DNA of 64,000 bases, from the NCBI GenBank assembly GCA_000934665.2, contig JYFJ02002020.1:1-64000 (forward strand). The letters run 5' to 3'. The notes under the pieces are model-generated. The model did not search any database, was not told the DNA's origin, and worked only from the letters and a program-made list of their open reading frames with translations. The DNA is from Catajapyx aquilonaris. Lineage: Eukaryota. Numbering within the stretch: the first letter of the stretch is position 1; every line of letters starts with the position of its first letter. Both the position numbers and the translations under genes were made by a program. Positions 48,631-62,582 of the stretch are shown in pieces.

Positions 48631-51600
48631 ATGGGAACGGTTGTGTTTGATCAGAGCGGCTTGGTGGCTGAAGCTAAGAAAAATTTTCGTTCCAGAATTG
48701 GGCCAAAGTATTCAGACGATGGTAAGAAATTTTGCGTTTTGCGTAATTATGCGGTGACAATGTTATTATTTGGCAGATCTCATTAAAACGTGGAATGGAA
48801 TATTTGATGTCATCAAGGACCAGTTGATGAAGCAGCGTGTGAGTATAGCACAGTCATCGTTATTATGACTACAGTACCGGTACTTAACCTTGTTATTAAT
48901 TGTTCAGGGAGCGGACTTGGCTGGGTTCGGCACATTCAATTTCTCCCAGATCAAAATGAACATTGCCCAGCAGGCAGTGCTGTGCAGCCGCCAGCCAATA
49001 TTCCGCCTCTGCCCCAAACTTGCAGACTACTACCGCATCCAGTCGTGCCAGGTCTTCCGAGATGGAGACCTCACTTGTTATCCGGTGAACTTGGCCACAG
49101 TGGCTCAGCAACTGGGAATGGACAGGCGTGTGGTGGAGTGGTGCACTGCGGAAGTTCTGTCCGCATTAGCTCGTGCCCTCAGCCAGGGTAAGGACGTGGA
49201 GTTCCCGGTGCCAGGGATGTGCAAGGTGCAGATACGGAACAAACGGCTGAAGACCATATTCCTGAGATCCTTTGAGAACAAGCTACCCATCTACCACATT
49301 CCAGAGGAGCGAAAGAAAGACGCTGAGCGAATTGCCCAGATTGAGGCCGATGGGATTGCCAATCGGGACAAGCAGAGGGCCGCAGGAAGAGAGAGGAAGC
49401 CAAAGGTGGTGAAGAAGGAGAAAAAGCCGGTGAAAGCTACTACGCCTAAAGCAGTACCATGTGGCCCAACCACATGCAAAGCCTTCATGGCTTCTGCTGG
49501 GGACAACGAAGCATCCCAAGAGGAAGGAGGCAGCGGTCCATGTGTACCCAACACTTGCCCAAAGTTTAACCCGGCAAGCGTAAGTATACACACCTTCTCT
49601 TATGTCAATTACTGAATTGTTGCTTGTGCTAACATGCCATTATTCCAGCTTATCCTTAGAATCCATATGGGGTTTATTAGTTGAATAATGAAATATCCCT
49701 TTTGTCATGAAATTTTGTGCATTATACTGTATACTATCTAAATGGATAGCAATTGCTTCTTAAAATTTGGCATGCAGAAATACAGTCCTAAAACAAATAA
49801 TCATTGTCTAGTGAAGGTCTTGTTGCACTGTCGCTGGAATGCCAGCGGAAAGCGGGCCAGGAGAGTTTGTTATTCATTGTCGTAAACTTTTCTCTGAACA
49901 ATGAATAACGGAATTTTCAGGCTCCTTTCCAGCTGAGAAATTTTTCTGGTGATGATGTAACCAGACCTAAATGTACAATAATTGTTCTTCAACTACTTGG
50001 GTTGGGATTTCCCTACACTTGTGTGCATGATTTATTTGGTGACTCGGTGGATCCCCATTTTCATTCTAGAACTAAGGCAAATGTGTCACAAGGAAGTGAA
50101 ATGGGAATAGCAGCCATAACCACAGCCACTGCTGTTCTCTAGAACCGAATCTCAATCAACTTGACACCCCATCACTCAATAAACTGCCACACAAAATGCA
50201 CATTGTAGTTTTATTGAATAGCATCCTATGAAGAATGAAATCCAAACTCTCTTCCTCTCCTCTCCTTTCCCTCTCTGCCCCTTCCGTGGTTCAGGGTGAC
50301 GTGCAACGGACTTCTCGCAGGCTTGAAAGAGACACCCTGTGTCTTAATGATCCTAAGAACAAGTCTGCTGTCCCAGACAACTTTGTGGGGAAGAACATTT
50401 GGTGCCGTAAAGGGGACGAAGAGAAGCAAGCACCTTTCATCAAAGCCTGCTTCCCTGGGACCAACCACCCTATCAACCCAGCTCCGCCTCACAAGACCAG
50501 TGTTTTTTCTGAGTCCATGATGAAGCCCATGCAAAGCATAACTGACTTGGAGCAAGTGCTGGCTGACTGTGAGGTAAGTTACTGCCATAGAATTGGCTGT
50601 CAGAGAATTTAATGTTGCATATGGTGCACAGGAAAAGAAAGAATCTGTGGCCTCTTTATGGGAATTATTTTTGGCACACTCTTGGAAACTGCGGATTCTT
50701 GATCCACGGTAGGTTGCATCCGCAGGTGTGGAACATGCAGTTACGAAGGGTTGCTGAAATTTAACTACTGCATGGCTACTCAGTGGAATGATCATTATGT
50801 GTGTCACTGTGGTCTCTATTGCACATATTGTATTGAGAACAAGGATGTTGATTAATATACACTTTCTAGGTAGGACAGTAAGCCATAAGGAATCAGTGTA
50901 ATTATATCTCACTTGATTAGTTTTTTTTGTCGTGACTATCATTACCAGGATCTGAAAGGGCGTCGTTTGTGCGTGAGGTGTTCTCGCAGGATGGGGTGTA
51001 ATGCACGTGCAGCATGGACTCAAGAGCATTCCGTGAAGCAGCATGAGGACATGGATGCCTATCACAGAGAAGCCCTTCCTCTGCAACCAGACTTTGCTGG
51101 CGAGTTGGCTGCTTGCAGGAGAAAGCAGGCTACGGAACAGGCCAAGTTCAACTATGATAAGGGACAGAAGGAGAGGGAGGAGCGGTTTAAGAAAGACACA
51201 ACCTCCCTGCCCATGTCTGATGTCTTCCATGCCGTATGTGTTGCTCCTCTTTGTTGGTCCCAATTTTATATCGAAGTTTGATAATAATTGAATCACACTG
51301 AATGACATGCAGGACTGAGGCTTGGTTGCATAAATGTAAATTTAAAGTGACCTATACAGGGTGTAAATGAATTCAACCGACAAACTTCTAGGGGTGATAG
51401 AGGGGACCAAGACAAACATTTTTGACATAGGAACCCGTGTCCGGAAACGCCATCTAGAGGGGGTTCATAGACAAGGAACGGGTGAGCTCAGACGCGTCAC
51501 ACGTGAGGCGCTAGGCGAGCGGACTGTTTTGTTGATAGATGGCGCTCGGATAGTAACCAACGATGCGATGTGCCATAACGTGGCAACAACAGAGTCATCT

Positions 51601-53281
51601 AGCAACTAAAGTCCCCCTCCTAGGAGACGCGCGGATAGTCAACAGCGGTTCTGTTGTTGCCAGGTTATGGCGTATCGTGTTGTTGTTTACTTACAACAAC
51701 GCGATACGCCATAACCTGGCAACAACTGCGTGCCATCTATCAACAAAACAGTCCGCTCGACTTGCGCCTCTCTCGTGACGCGTCTGAGCGCACCCGTTCC
51801 TCGTCTATGAACCCCCTCTAGATGGCATTTCCGGACACGGTTTCCTATGTCAAAAATGTTTGTCTTGGTCCCCTCTATCACCCCTAGAAGTTTGTCGGTT
51901 GAATTCATTTACACCCTGTATATTGTAAATCATATTTCTAATGCATGATCTGAGATTTTGATACAACTGCCCTAACTTGGTTAATTCAGTATATGTTATT
52001 GGTATATGTGAGAACTAAGTCCTGATGAGAATGTTAATATGATTCTTTGTGAATGATATTTCGTTACAATTGCTGCTTGGCAGAGGCCGGCTACTCCAAA
52101 AGGGTTCGAGAACGCCCGCTTTCTGAAAGATGTGGAAGAGATGAAGAAGCAACTGAGTGACAAGAATGCCAAACAATTAAAAGATGCTGAGGACTTGATG
52201 TCTCGGGAGAAGGCTGAGAGAGAGAATCTCATTTCAGAGTACAAGACAATCTAATATTTGTTTGTACATATATCAACTGTAACGTAATTCAAGTGAACTG
52301 ACATGTCCCTTCTCTTGTTTTGGTATAGATTAAAAGCAGACATGGAAGCAGCAAGGAAGCATGAGGCTGAAGAGAAGGCCAAGTACATGGCATCACTTTT
52401 CAAGCAAATAGCAGAAAACAATGCCGTAAAACAGGCGGTGAAGGACAAGGAGTTGAGCACTCCATGCCATGAAATTCTTGACCCGCATTTGTTGTTTGAG
52501 AAGAATTACGAATCAACTGGAGCAGGACCAGCCATGTCGAAAAAGTTAGTATTTTTACAACTGACGTATTGGCAGCACAGAGCCATTGAGTCAATCAGTC
52601 TAACAAGGTTTGCACCAATCATTTCATCCTCTTTTTGTGTGATACATTAAATTGTTTTTGTGGCACATGGTTTTGGCCTTTCATGTACCAACATATCATA
52701 GTGATTTTGGTAAACGTAGAGTATTTGAGTTTCCTATAGCTTCATCCAGGAATTAAGTTCAGCCTTTACCTTCTATTGTAATGAAAAATGGGTCAAGATG
52801 TAATTGGAGAATAATTTCAAATTAAGACTTTGGGTTGTGACCTTACAATGAAAGGACACTTACTGAAACTCAAAATTCTATCATTGTTAATGCTTTATTG
52901 TGTTACGGCAGTGTGGCTTTGGAGATCCAGAAGATAAATATGGAGAAGGCAAAGGAGCTTCACCAAAAGGCAAAGGACGACTATGAAAAAACAGTGAAGG
53001 AGGAGACAGAGGCACTAATGAGGACAAGACAGAGACTGAGGGATGCATGCCAGTATGAAAAGGCCAAGAACCTTACCTTGTTGGAAGACATGAAAAGTCA
53101 TTGGGAAGCCCTGGCCAAGATTAAGAAGAACAAACCTGTGGAGAAACCAACTATTTCAGTTATGGACCAGCTTTTCTATTACAACAGATGCTTCCGGTGC
53201 AAGAAGAAGGTCTCATATGATGGGAAAGGAAACTTTTGGAAAGGACACTATCCTCTTGATGGGCATCCTTATATTGAGTGA
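48631..53281 (+). CDS. CCDC81: Coiled-coil domain-containing protein 81-like (N-terminal HU-like domains, C-terminal coiled coil and CxxC)
   Basis: LIKTWNGIFDVIKDQL...GADLAGFGTFNFSQ...RQPIF...PVNL...VVEWC...VEFPVPGMCKVQIR resembles the CCDC81 HU region, and the end YNRCFRCKK...NFW resembles the CCDC81 C-terminus. Boundaries of the middle exons (~50295, ~50950, ~52085, ~52330) are less certain. Confidence 0.75.
49815..49968. mobile_element. Short degenerate fold-back element in a CCDC81 intron
   Basis: Ends AGGTCTTGTTGCAC ... GATGTAACCAGACCT with inner arms GTTATTCATTGT / ACAATGAATAAC. Confidence 0.4.
51357..51918. mobile_element. Tc1/mariner-type MITE with long TIRs and TA target duplication in a CCDC81 intron
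   Basis: CAGGGTGTAAATGAATTCAACCGACAAACTTCTAGGGG ... CCCCTAGAAGTTTGTCGGTTGAATTCATTTACACCCTG. TIR similarity extends ~190 bp, TA flanks both sides, and there is an inner palindrome at ~51654-51727. Confidence 0.92.
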
Positions 53282-53541
53282 TTTATAATAAAGTGTACAG
53301 CAGTTTAGCAATCATTTTGTTGTTCCAGAGAGGGCATGGATTATTACTGGTGAAATAAGTGTTCCTCATGCACATCCCTCCCACATTCAAGAGTTAGCTA
53401 AAACCTAAATGTGGGTTCAAATCCTACACTCGGAAGGTCCACCTTACTTTGTGGTGCCAGTGCCATGAAGAGAGAAGAATAGTCTGTATTTTCACCTTGA
53501 CAAGAGTAATGTTCCTAAGATGCGTAAATGCAATAATTGGG

Positions 53542-56500
53542 TCAATATGTTTCAAGAAGCTTTTGTGAAGGTACTGAGGAGAGTACTTCATACTCAGGTT
53601 GCTTCTTATGGTAGACCATCAGTAACGAAAGTTCGTCTGGATTATGAACTTCTTGTAAATTGGTTTTCTTGCACCTATTTTGTTCCAGCTGGGATGAAAT
53701 GGACTTGACTTCTTGGTACACTGGAACAAGCACGATGAATGCAGTGGCGATGTAGGCCCATCCTCTGGAGATGACGGTCCAGATGGAGAATCCGTAGGCA
53801 TCCAGAATGGTGGTACCAAGGAGCATGCATGCAGGCCACAGGATAATGAAGAACACAGCCAGGATGACTGCAGTTACATATGCAGTCAGAATGGCTGGAC
53901 GGAACTTCCGAATCACCAGCTCCAGTGGTGGACGGCTTTGGACATCTTTTGGGGAATCAAGTTTGAGCTCATCCTGTTTTGAAAGGACAATTGATTTACA
54001 ATCGAATTGTACTCGTATAACACAGGTGAGGCTAACTATGAACCACCCTCATGTCGGTGTGTGCAATGAATTATTATTATTTTGTGCCAAACTTCACCTG
54101 ATAAGCTTCAACCCAAGGCGAGAGTGGGTTGTCTATGTTGCGAGTCTTTTCCCATTCGGCTTCCAGTTCCTCAGGTGTCCACTTCGGTTTGGTTATTATG
54201 GACACCAAGGCACATATTATTCCTCCTGCTCCAATGGACACGACATTGCCAATAAACATGGCATATATCTATATCAAAGAGAGAAGTTGATTAAATTAAC
54301 CTTTGTGTGACCTATGGCTATGATATTACATTTCCGGTGTTGTTGATGAAGTCCCCCAACCCCCCTGGCAGAGTGGACGAGTAAGAGAGCCAGGAGACGA
54401 TGGCGCAGAGGAATCCTCCGAGGCTTCCAGCGATCATCCCAGAGGAGGTGGCCCTTGTCCAGGTGATGGAGAAGGCGATGGGGATGACCGCTGCCGAGAT
54501 GAGGACCCCGATGAAGTAGTAGATCCAGGAGAGGTTGAGCTTGGCGTACCAGGCCAGAAGGGTCAGGACCACGGACAGGACTGTCCCGTTCACTATCCAC
54601 CAGTTCTTGTAGGCCAGGAGGTCCTCCAGGTACTCCCTGTACTCCTTGTGCACTGGACACTGGTACCGGAACTTGCCTTTGGCAGGGGAATGAACTTGGA
54701 GGAGTGAGTGGTCCTCCTGTTGTGTACATAATATTAATTAAAGCATTAAAGCATTATAAGATAATGATATAATGTGTTACACAGTATCATAGCGCGAATA
54801 TGGGACTACCAACATTTTGTTTGCCAACATTTTCATAATAATTAATTACCCATTAAAAATTATATGCAGCCAATGAGACAAAAATACTCGTACCTATGAA
54901 GTAGTATAGGAGAGAATTGTTTTTCATACCGTACCTAACTTACCAGTATCTTCACAAGGCCGCCCAATTAAATGTCCCTTAGCGATTTTTAGTGCTAAGC
55001 TGCTAATTTTGAGGCAGATGGAAGTCATCAAAAATATTAGCTCATAATATATAAATTGTGTTGATCCATTTGGAACTTTACTAAATACATTCCCTTACTT
55101 TGCAACCTTCACATTGCGTGGCTGAAAGGCATTGACAGAGTGGCTCGTCGGTCGCATCGAGCATATCCGTCGGCGGATGGACGTATTTGGAACAAAGGAT
55201 GCACTGACCTTCCTTCAAGTCCTCTCGAAAAGGCTTCAGGTATACCTGATAGCAAAGCAAATAATGTTAATTCACCTCTGGGCATGCTGTCAATATCAAC
55301 CCAAGTATCAACTGGTAATAACTCTTCACCTGGTATATGTCGTAGACCACAATGGAAGCCACGGCCACAACCTCGGAGGCACCTGTGGCCATTACTGCCA
55401 TCAGTATAAGGACGATCATGATCACTTCTCCCAGCTTGCCCAATAGTTTGTGGCATACAAATGCAGCCACCAATCCTAGATTTATTTTACCGGAATTAGT
55501 AAATGGACGGATAAGAGTGTGTTCTGTTAACTGACCGCTGTCCACTTGGTTGTCTGTGAGCAGCTGTTGTCCGTGGGCCGAGTTGAGTCCCAGGTAGGCC
55601 AGACCCATTGTTGTGGCCAGTCCAAACGGAACCGCAAACCAAGTCACTGCTCCCAGAACAAAGCCCCACACACCCTGGTAAAGATGTGTGTCTTGGAGTG
55701 TGTGTAATGAACTTTCAAAAAAATTGCAACATGGTTCTATAGTACCAAGAGCTAACAACTTATTAGCTCTTGATAGTACGTACTATAGTCTCGTACTACA
55801 ATGTACGTGTTTGCGTCTGATGTTGACAAGACATAATAAGTGTCCTATAATACACTGGGCTCATCGCAGTCTTGAGGTCCACATGTATACTGTACGACCG
55901 TATGTCGGGGATATAGGATTACTCATGATTTACTACAACTGATGAGAGCCATTTCAACGTTTTATGTCAACTAACGTTAGTTACTGTACAGTACCATCTG
56001 TTCAACTGTTCATGCTCAAGCAATCTGATTTTACAGGATCGACTGACAATGACCGATATACCTGATCTTGAATTTATCAGAGGCGCAGCTATTAATTTTT
56101 CATGAAATTAGCAAGGTAATAAGGGTTTTAACCTCTAGGGCTATTAACCTACCTCTAATGGTTTTGCTGCCACCGATTTTTGCCAATAGGCCTGGTCGCA
56201 AAAGACGGCACCGAAGTTACCAACAATGTTGACAATGCCAAAAATGATTCCCTCGGAGGAGTAGAAGGTGAGGTAGCTCTTGTCCCTGTTTCCTTCTGGC
56301 CCTTCCCAACACTCGAGGAAGCCAAACATGGCCTGGCTGCTCCCAAAAGGATTCTTCGGGTTGTCGCTCGGATTGTGGTAAACCTCGATGATCAGCCAGC
56401 ATATCAGGATGTAAATGAGGGCCGTGTTGAAATAAGAGACGTAGAAGGTGGCACCCAGACCACCGATCACAGTGTAGATGGCCACTATGCTGGCCAGCAT

Positions 56501-57591
56501 GAATGTGGCCAAGTCAGGGGACAAATCACTCACTAGTCTGTAATGAAGAAAGTAAATAATATTACTGGAAGCGCACCGCGAACATGATAAAAATTGAGCA
56601 TCCTTCGTAACAGCAAGAGGAAAGGACTGACCCGTTAATGACGGCAACGCCTGCTACCATGAGAGCCGTGACAATAATTGCATTGGTCAGCAAGGCAAAT
56701 CCGCAGAAGACCAGGTGTGCTCTTGTCCCAAATCTTGCCCGGATGACCTGTGCAATAAAATAGGATATTACCTTAATGCTTATTTTTTATATGAATAAGC
56801 AAGTCAGTATGATTTTAACCTGAAGGAATGTCTTGGCTCCTGGAGCTCTGGTTTTAAGCTGGATAGACAAAATGGCAAAGACGATAATTTGTATTGTTGC
56901 TCCACCAGCGTACCAGTAAGGTCCACTGATTCCAAACTGGAAGAAATTAGAGCTTGTAAATGTTTTCAGTAACTTTTCTGTTAGTGTGACGCTTTTAACA
57001 AAAATGGCAGTGACTTTTTCACCTGCTTTTAAATTTATGTAGGCTAAAACTTACTTTGGCAGCCACAGTGCAGCTCTGCAGCAACGTTGCAGTCCAGGTC
57101 CAGTTGGAGACAATGCAACTGGCAGTCAAGCTCAGAGACACGTTTCCTCCAGCGTCGAATGCAGTGTCCAGGCTGTCCGAATCGTGGTACACATGCGTCC
57201 GTACCTGAAATCAAAGGAATGTGCAAAATTTCAATTCAAACGTGTAAGATTGAAATTTAAAACAAATGGAATTACTCACCATTTGAAATGCGTATGCAAT
57301 GATGGCCGATATGACTCCGACGACAAGAAAGACAAGAAATCCTTCCCACATTTCCACCGATCCCAATGCATGGGTTGGATCTACTTCCACATTATTTCCT
57401 CCGAATTGTTGGACCACCCTGTCCTCGCAACCTTCCTTCAAACGTGGGTCGTACACAGGACCAGAAATGGTCGTCGTGTCTGCATCTTCCTCTGCAGACA
57501 CCATTTGAGGCACGTCATTCACAATAAACGTCGCAGTTGCACACATGCAACGTGAAATCAGAAAGATTGCCAAAGTAAGAGACTTATTCAT
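53542..57591 (-). CDS. DUR3-like urea active transporter (SSS family) copy 1, apparently intact
   Basis: Spliced exons give AFDAGGNVSLSLTASCIVSNWTWTATLLQS, GISGPYWYAGGATIQ, APGAKTF, YTVIGGLGATF, GNFGAVFCDQAYWQ, WFAVPF and MAVMATGASEVVAVASIVVYDIY. All are DUR3-family motifs. Confidence 0.88.
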
Positions 57592-58336
57592 TGCGACCAG
57601 AGTACCGTGTAGCTAGTACCCAGCCTGCTCAGAAGACCTTGTACATACAAAGGAGTATGGTACACTGAGAGATCATGTAACTTGCAGGCAATAAAAATGG
57701 ATCGAGGAATGGCGTAGAAAAATAATTAGATGTAAAATTCTGCTTCTCCGTATAAAGCATCTAAGTACAGCGGCTCTTTGCAAGCCACAATTTCCCTTGA
57801 CATCATATTGTCTGGAAATGATCCTACGTGTGCTTCTCACGTTCAAGGTCAGGTTTATAATATTGACCCGTTGCGTAACGCAAATACTGAAGCCTTCAAC
57901 GTGAAGAAGCATTGTTATTCGCACAGTTTGACTACATAAATAAATCTCACTTTGTCATGCAATAGACAGCATCAACTGGCAGGCACAATGTAGCTGAAGC
58001 ACAGCTTCTAATAATTATATTGACCAGGTTAATTTATGATTTTTTTTTCGTTATGCATGTAGAGTGTATAGGGATGTTGCTGTAAGTTACTGAATGGCAG
58101 GTTATTGTTGTAGAAGCTGTGGATCTGCAGGAATTAATGCCGGATGTATTTAATATTTTAAATATTTTGAAAGAGTTCCATTTTGTCCTGTAGGCCCTTG
58201 CATAGCACCTTTATTTAGGACAAAATAATGAGGAATACCGTGGTAATTATTGCGTTTTTAAATAATTATTATTTATTCACTGTACACGCTAGAATCACCT
58301 CCACTCGATACATTGCTCTCATGTTGCATACTGTAA

Positions 58337-61300
58337 TTATGATTGTCCAGAGCTGTGGAAATTGTCCCCACACTGCTCACATGTCTGGTCAGCCACAGCC
58401 ACCAACGATTTTTGTTCCAAAGGATCTTGTAGTTTTCTCCCCTTGCATCTGTTTCGCTTCATCTGAGTCCTGATGGCCATTACCTCCTGGACCACTGGAG
58501 TAAAGACAAAGAAAACGGTAGCAATGTATGTCCACAATTCGGAGACAATGACCCAAGCCGAAAATTCATTTTGGCCCAGAACGGTGGTCCATAGAAGCAT
58601 GCAGCCAGGCCACAGGATGATGTAGAAGACTGTGAGGATGCCTGCTGCCCAATAGGCGATCAGCAAGGACGGACGGAACTTTCTGACCACCAGCTCTAGA
58701 GGCGGACGCTTGTAGACGTCTTTGGAAGTCTCCAGGTCCAAGTCATCCTGTAGCAAAGTTCCGTTATATATGGCGAACCAAATGGTCAATCGCACTTGGA
58801 AGAACCGTGAAATTACCTGATAAGCTTGAACCCAAGATGAGAGAGGGTTATCTATATGTTGCGAGTCTTCTCCCATTCGGCTTCCAGCTCCTCAGGTGTC
58901 CACTTCGGTTTGGTTACAATGGACACCAAGGCACATATTATTCCTCCTGCTCCCATTGACACCACGTTACCAATGAACATGGAGTAAATCTGCAGTCATA
59001 AAAGGGCTTATTAATATTAGTTCTTCCCGTCAATTACCAGCCCCAGAGGACCTACATTGCCGGTGTTGTTGATGAAGTCCCCCAACCCCCCTGGCAGAGT
59101 GGAGGAGTAAGAGAGCCAGGAGACGATTGCGCAGAGGAATCCTCCGAGGCTTCCAGCGATCATCCCAGAGGAGGTGGCCCTTGTCCAGGTGATGGAGAAG
59201 GCGATGGGGATGACCGCTGCCGAGATGAGGACCCCGATGAAGTAGTAGATCCAGGAGAGGTTGAGCTTGGCGTACCAGGCCAGAAGGGTCAGGACCACGG
59301 ACAGGACTGTCCCGTTCACTATCCACCAGTTCTTGTAGCCCAGGAGATCCTCCAGGTACTCCCTGTACTCCTTGTGCACTGGGCACTGGTACCGGAACTT
59401 GCCATGGGCAGCCGGGTGAACTTGGAGGAGTGAGAGGTCCGACTGTTTTGTTTACATATGGGTATAAGACACGGAGATTATATCACCATGTCCTAAAGAA
59501 ATGTATTGTAGTGGTCGTTCCTGCTTACTCTGCATCCTTCACAGTGCGAAGCATCAGAACACTGGCAGAGTTCTTCTATACCTTCTGGTGTGCCTTTCAA
59601 TGGACGGATATATTTGGAACATAGAAGACATTGTCCTTCCTGCAGGCCTCTTCTGAAAGGCTTCAGGTACACCTATACAATACACATGGTACGTAACAAT
59701 ATTGTTTTTACGCCACTTTCTATGTTGTTGCTTAAATGTTTCCTACCTGATAGACGTCATAAACTACTATGGAAGCCACGGCCACAACCTCGGAGGCACC
59801 AGTAGACATTGCAGCCATCAGAATCAAAATTATCATCATTACTTCTCCCAGCTTTCCCAGAAGTTTGTTTGACACAAAGGCAGCTACCAATCCTGCAATA
59901 AGTGATTGTTATTAATTCTGCAACACTAGAGCAATGTTACATGAATACCGCTGTCCACTTGGTTGTCTGTGAGCAGCTGTTGTCCGTGGGCCGAGTTGAG
60001 TCCCAGGTAGGCCAGACCCATTGTTGTGGCCAGTCCAAACGGAACGGCAAACCAAGTCACTGATCCGATCACAAAGCCCCACACACTCTGGTGAAAAGTC
60101 AGTTGCCAATACTGTAGTAGAATCCACCAGAATAGAAAATTTTGCACTTGAAACTTACTTGCACTGGCTTTGAAGCAACTGACTTTTGCCATAGTGACTG
60201 GTCACAAAATGAGCTAAATCCCGTCACTATGTTCATTATGCCAAACAGAATTCCCTCGGAGGAGTAGAAGGTGAGGTAGCTCTTGTCCCTGTTTCCTTCT
60301 GGCCCTTCCCAACACTCGAGGAAGCCAAACATGGCCTGGCTGCTCCCAAAAGGATTCTTCGGGTTGTCGCTCGGGTTGTGGTAAACCTCGACGATCAGCC
60401 AGCATATCAGGATGTACATGAGGGCCGTGTTGAAATAAGAGACGTAGAAGGTGGCACCCAAACCACCGATCACAGTGTAGATGGCCACTATTCCGGCCAG
60501 CATGAATGTGGCCAAGTCAGGGGACAAACCACTCACCAAACTGTATTGAAATCAATGACAGTATTTGTTATGAAAATGAACCAGAGAGTGTACTTGCCCG
60601 TTAATTACAGCAACGCCCGCCACCATAAGAGCAATAACAATAATTGCGTTGGTCAGCAAACCAAAACCGCAGAAGACCAGGTGTGCTGTTTTCCCAAATC
60701 TTGCTCGTATGACCTGTAGTAAAATAGAAATATTAATGTCAATTAAATTATTAATATTTTACTTTTATTATCATTACCTGCAGGTATGTCTTGGCACCTG
60801 GCGCCCTAATTTTAAGCTGGGTTGATAGAATGGCAAAGATGATTATTTGAATCGTTGCTCCCGCTGCGTACCAATAGGGTCCACTGATTCCAAACTATTT
60901 TTTGAAAAAAAATGTAATGGTATACATATGACATGAACTCTGCATTTTTGCAGCCTTGTTGCACTTTTTGCATGTACAAACATTCTTAGTGAATAAACAT
61001 AAAAATTGCTATTGCATTATTAATTAAATATTAGTACTAGATTAGTAGGGGGCCTACTTTATTATGCTATCACTATGTTATAATGTCCTTAGTGGTTAGC
61101 GATTTTTGGCAATGCACTGCTTATTTTTACTAAATTTTATTACTTTTTCATAGTGGCACATAGTGGTTACGAAAACTCTCAGGAAATGTTTTCTCCTTAC
61201 TTTGGCAGCTACAGTACAGCTCTGCACTAACGATGCAGTCCATGTCCAGTTGGAGACAATGCAACTGGCAGTCAAGCTCAGAGACACGTTTCCTCCAGCG

Positions 61301-61739
61301 TTGAATGCAGTGTCCAGGTTATCCGAATCGTGGTACACGTACGTCCGTATCTTAAATTCAAAACATTATTACACATTATTGAATAAATATTTAAAAGACT
61401 CACCGCTTGAAAGGCGTATGCAACGATGGCCGATATGATTCCGACAACAAGAAAGACAAGAAATCCTTCCCACAATTATACCGATCCCAATGACAGGGTT
61501 TGATCTGCCTCCACATGTCGTAAGTGTTGGACCACCCTGTCCTCGCATCCTTCCTTCAAATGAGGGTCGTACACAAGACCAGAAATGGTCGTTGTATCGG
61601 CTGCAATTTCCTCTGCACACACCGACACCTTTCTAGACATATCATGTTCAAATGTCGCAGTTGTCCTCTTGCATCGGGATATGACGATGGTAAAGGTCAA
61701 GAAAAGTGAATTCATAAGGACTGAGCTTGTCCAGACCAT
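58337..61739 (-). pseudogene. DUR3-like copy 2, probable pseudogene
   Basis: Same exon layout as copy 1, but with TAA at 61476-61478 where copy 1 has GAA, and a 2-nt insertion at ~58853-58857 (AAC ATA TAG vs AAC ATA GAC) giving a frameshift and stop. Confidence 0.8.
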
Positions 61740-62582
61740 GCTCAGATGATCTTATGCAGTTCCTTGTACAATGGTACGAGGTACACTGAAATATTGTACA
61801 CACTTTTACGCACAACCGTACTACTATAGAGGAGAGAGCTTTGTTTCTATAGTGAACTTATCAGTCCCTTTTTCACTCCATGTTACTGTACTTTTCACAT
61901 TCAAGGTAAGAGTTATCACAGTCCCATTGCGTAATGCAAGAATGAAGCATAAAGCGTGGCTATGAATTATTTTTCGAGCAGTTTGAATATTTTAAACCGT
62001 GTAAGCAAGTCTCATTTTGTCATGAAACTGACAGCATGATGAGGTATACGCAAAATGAAGCGGGGTTACGTCGACTAATATAATACACACCTTATAGCAG
62101 CAGCAGATTTTTACATTGTCATTATTGCAAGTCATTTTGGATGTAGATATCGGACTACTGTATAATACTCTCCGATAACAATGAGGGTAAGTTGGATAGT
62201 TCATTTTACAATTTGTTATTCATATGTGTTACTCATATGCATTTTTACATGCGCGTTTATTTTGATTGTTACTCAGAAGTAATAAATCGTTAATTAATTC
62301 ATACGATTAAATATTACCATGTTGAAATTTATTCAAAGATTGCAACAGATTTCAAAAGTGAAACGTCCAATTTTTTGTGCCGCTAGCGATGCAATGAAAA
62401 AAATAACATAAAAATGCTTCAAAAGCAGCCTATAAACATTATGTACTGAACTCAACCGACATTATTGACGGATGACCCAGCAGTAAGAAACATCCTATAA
62501 AATAATTATGAAGTGTAATATATTACTTGAAGCAATAGCAAAGTCAATGGTTAGACACTTCTTATAGCACTGACTCGATGCT

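Noticed and set aside
50226..51308. 360-aa minus-strand ORF
   Set aside because: It is antisense to CCDC81 exons and an intron, with no recognisable motif or splice structure; probably a shadow ORF.
51367..51908. Twin ORFs starting MNSTDKLLGVIEG
   Set aside because: They are translations of the MITE terminal inverted repeats.
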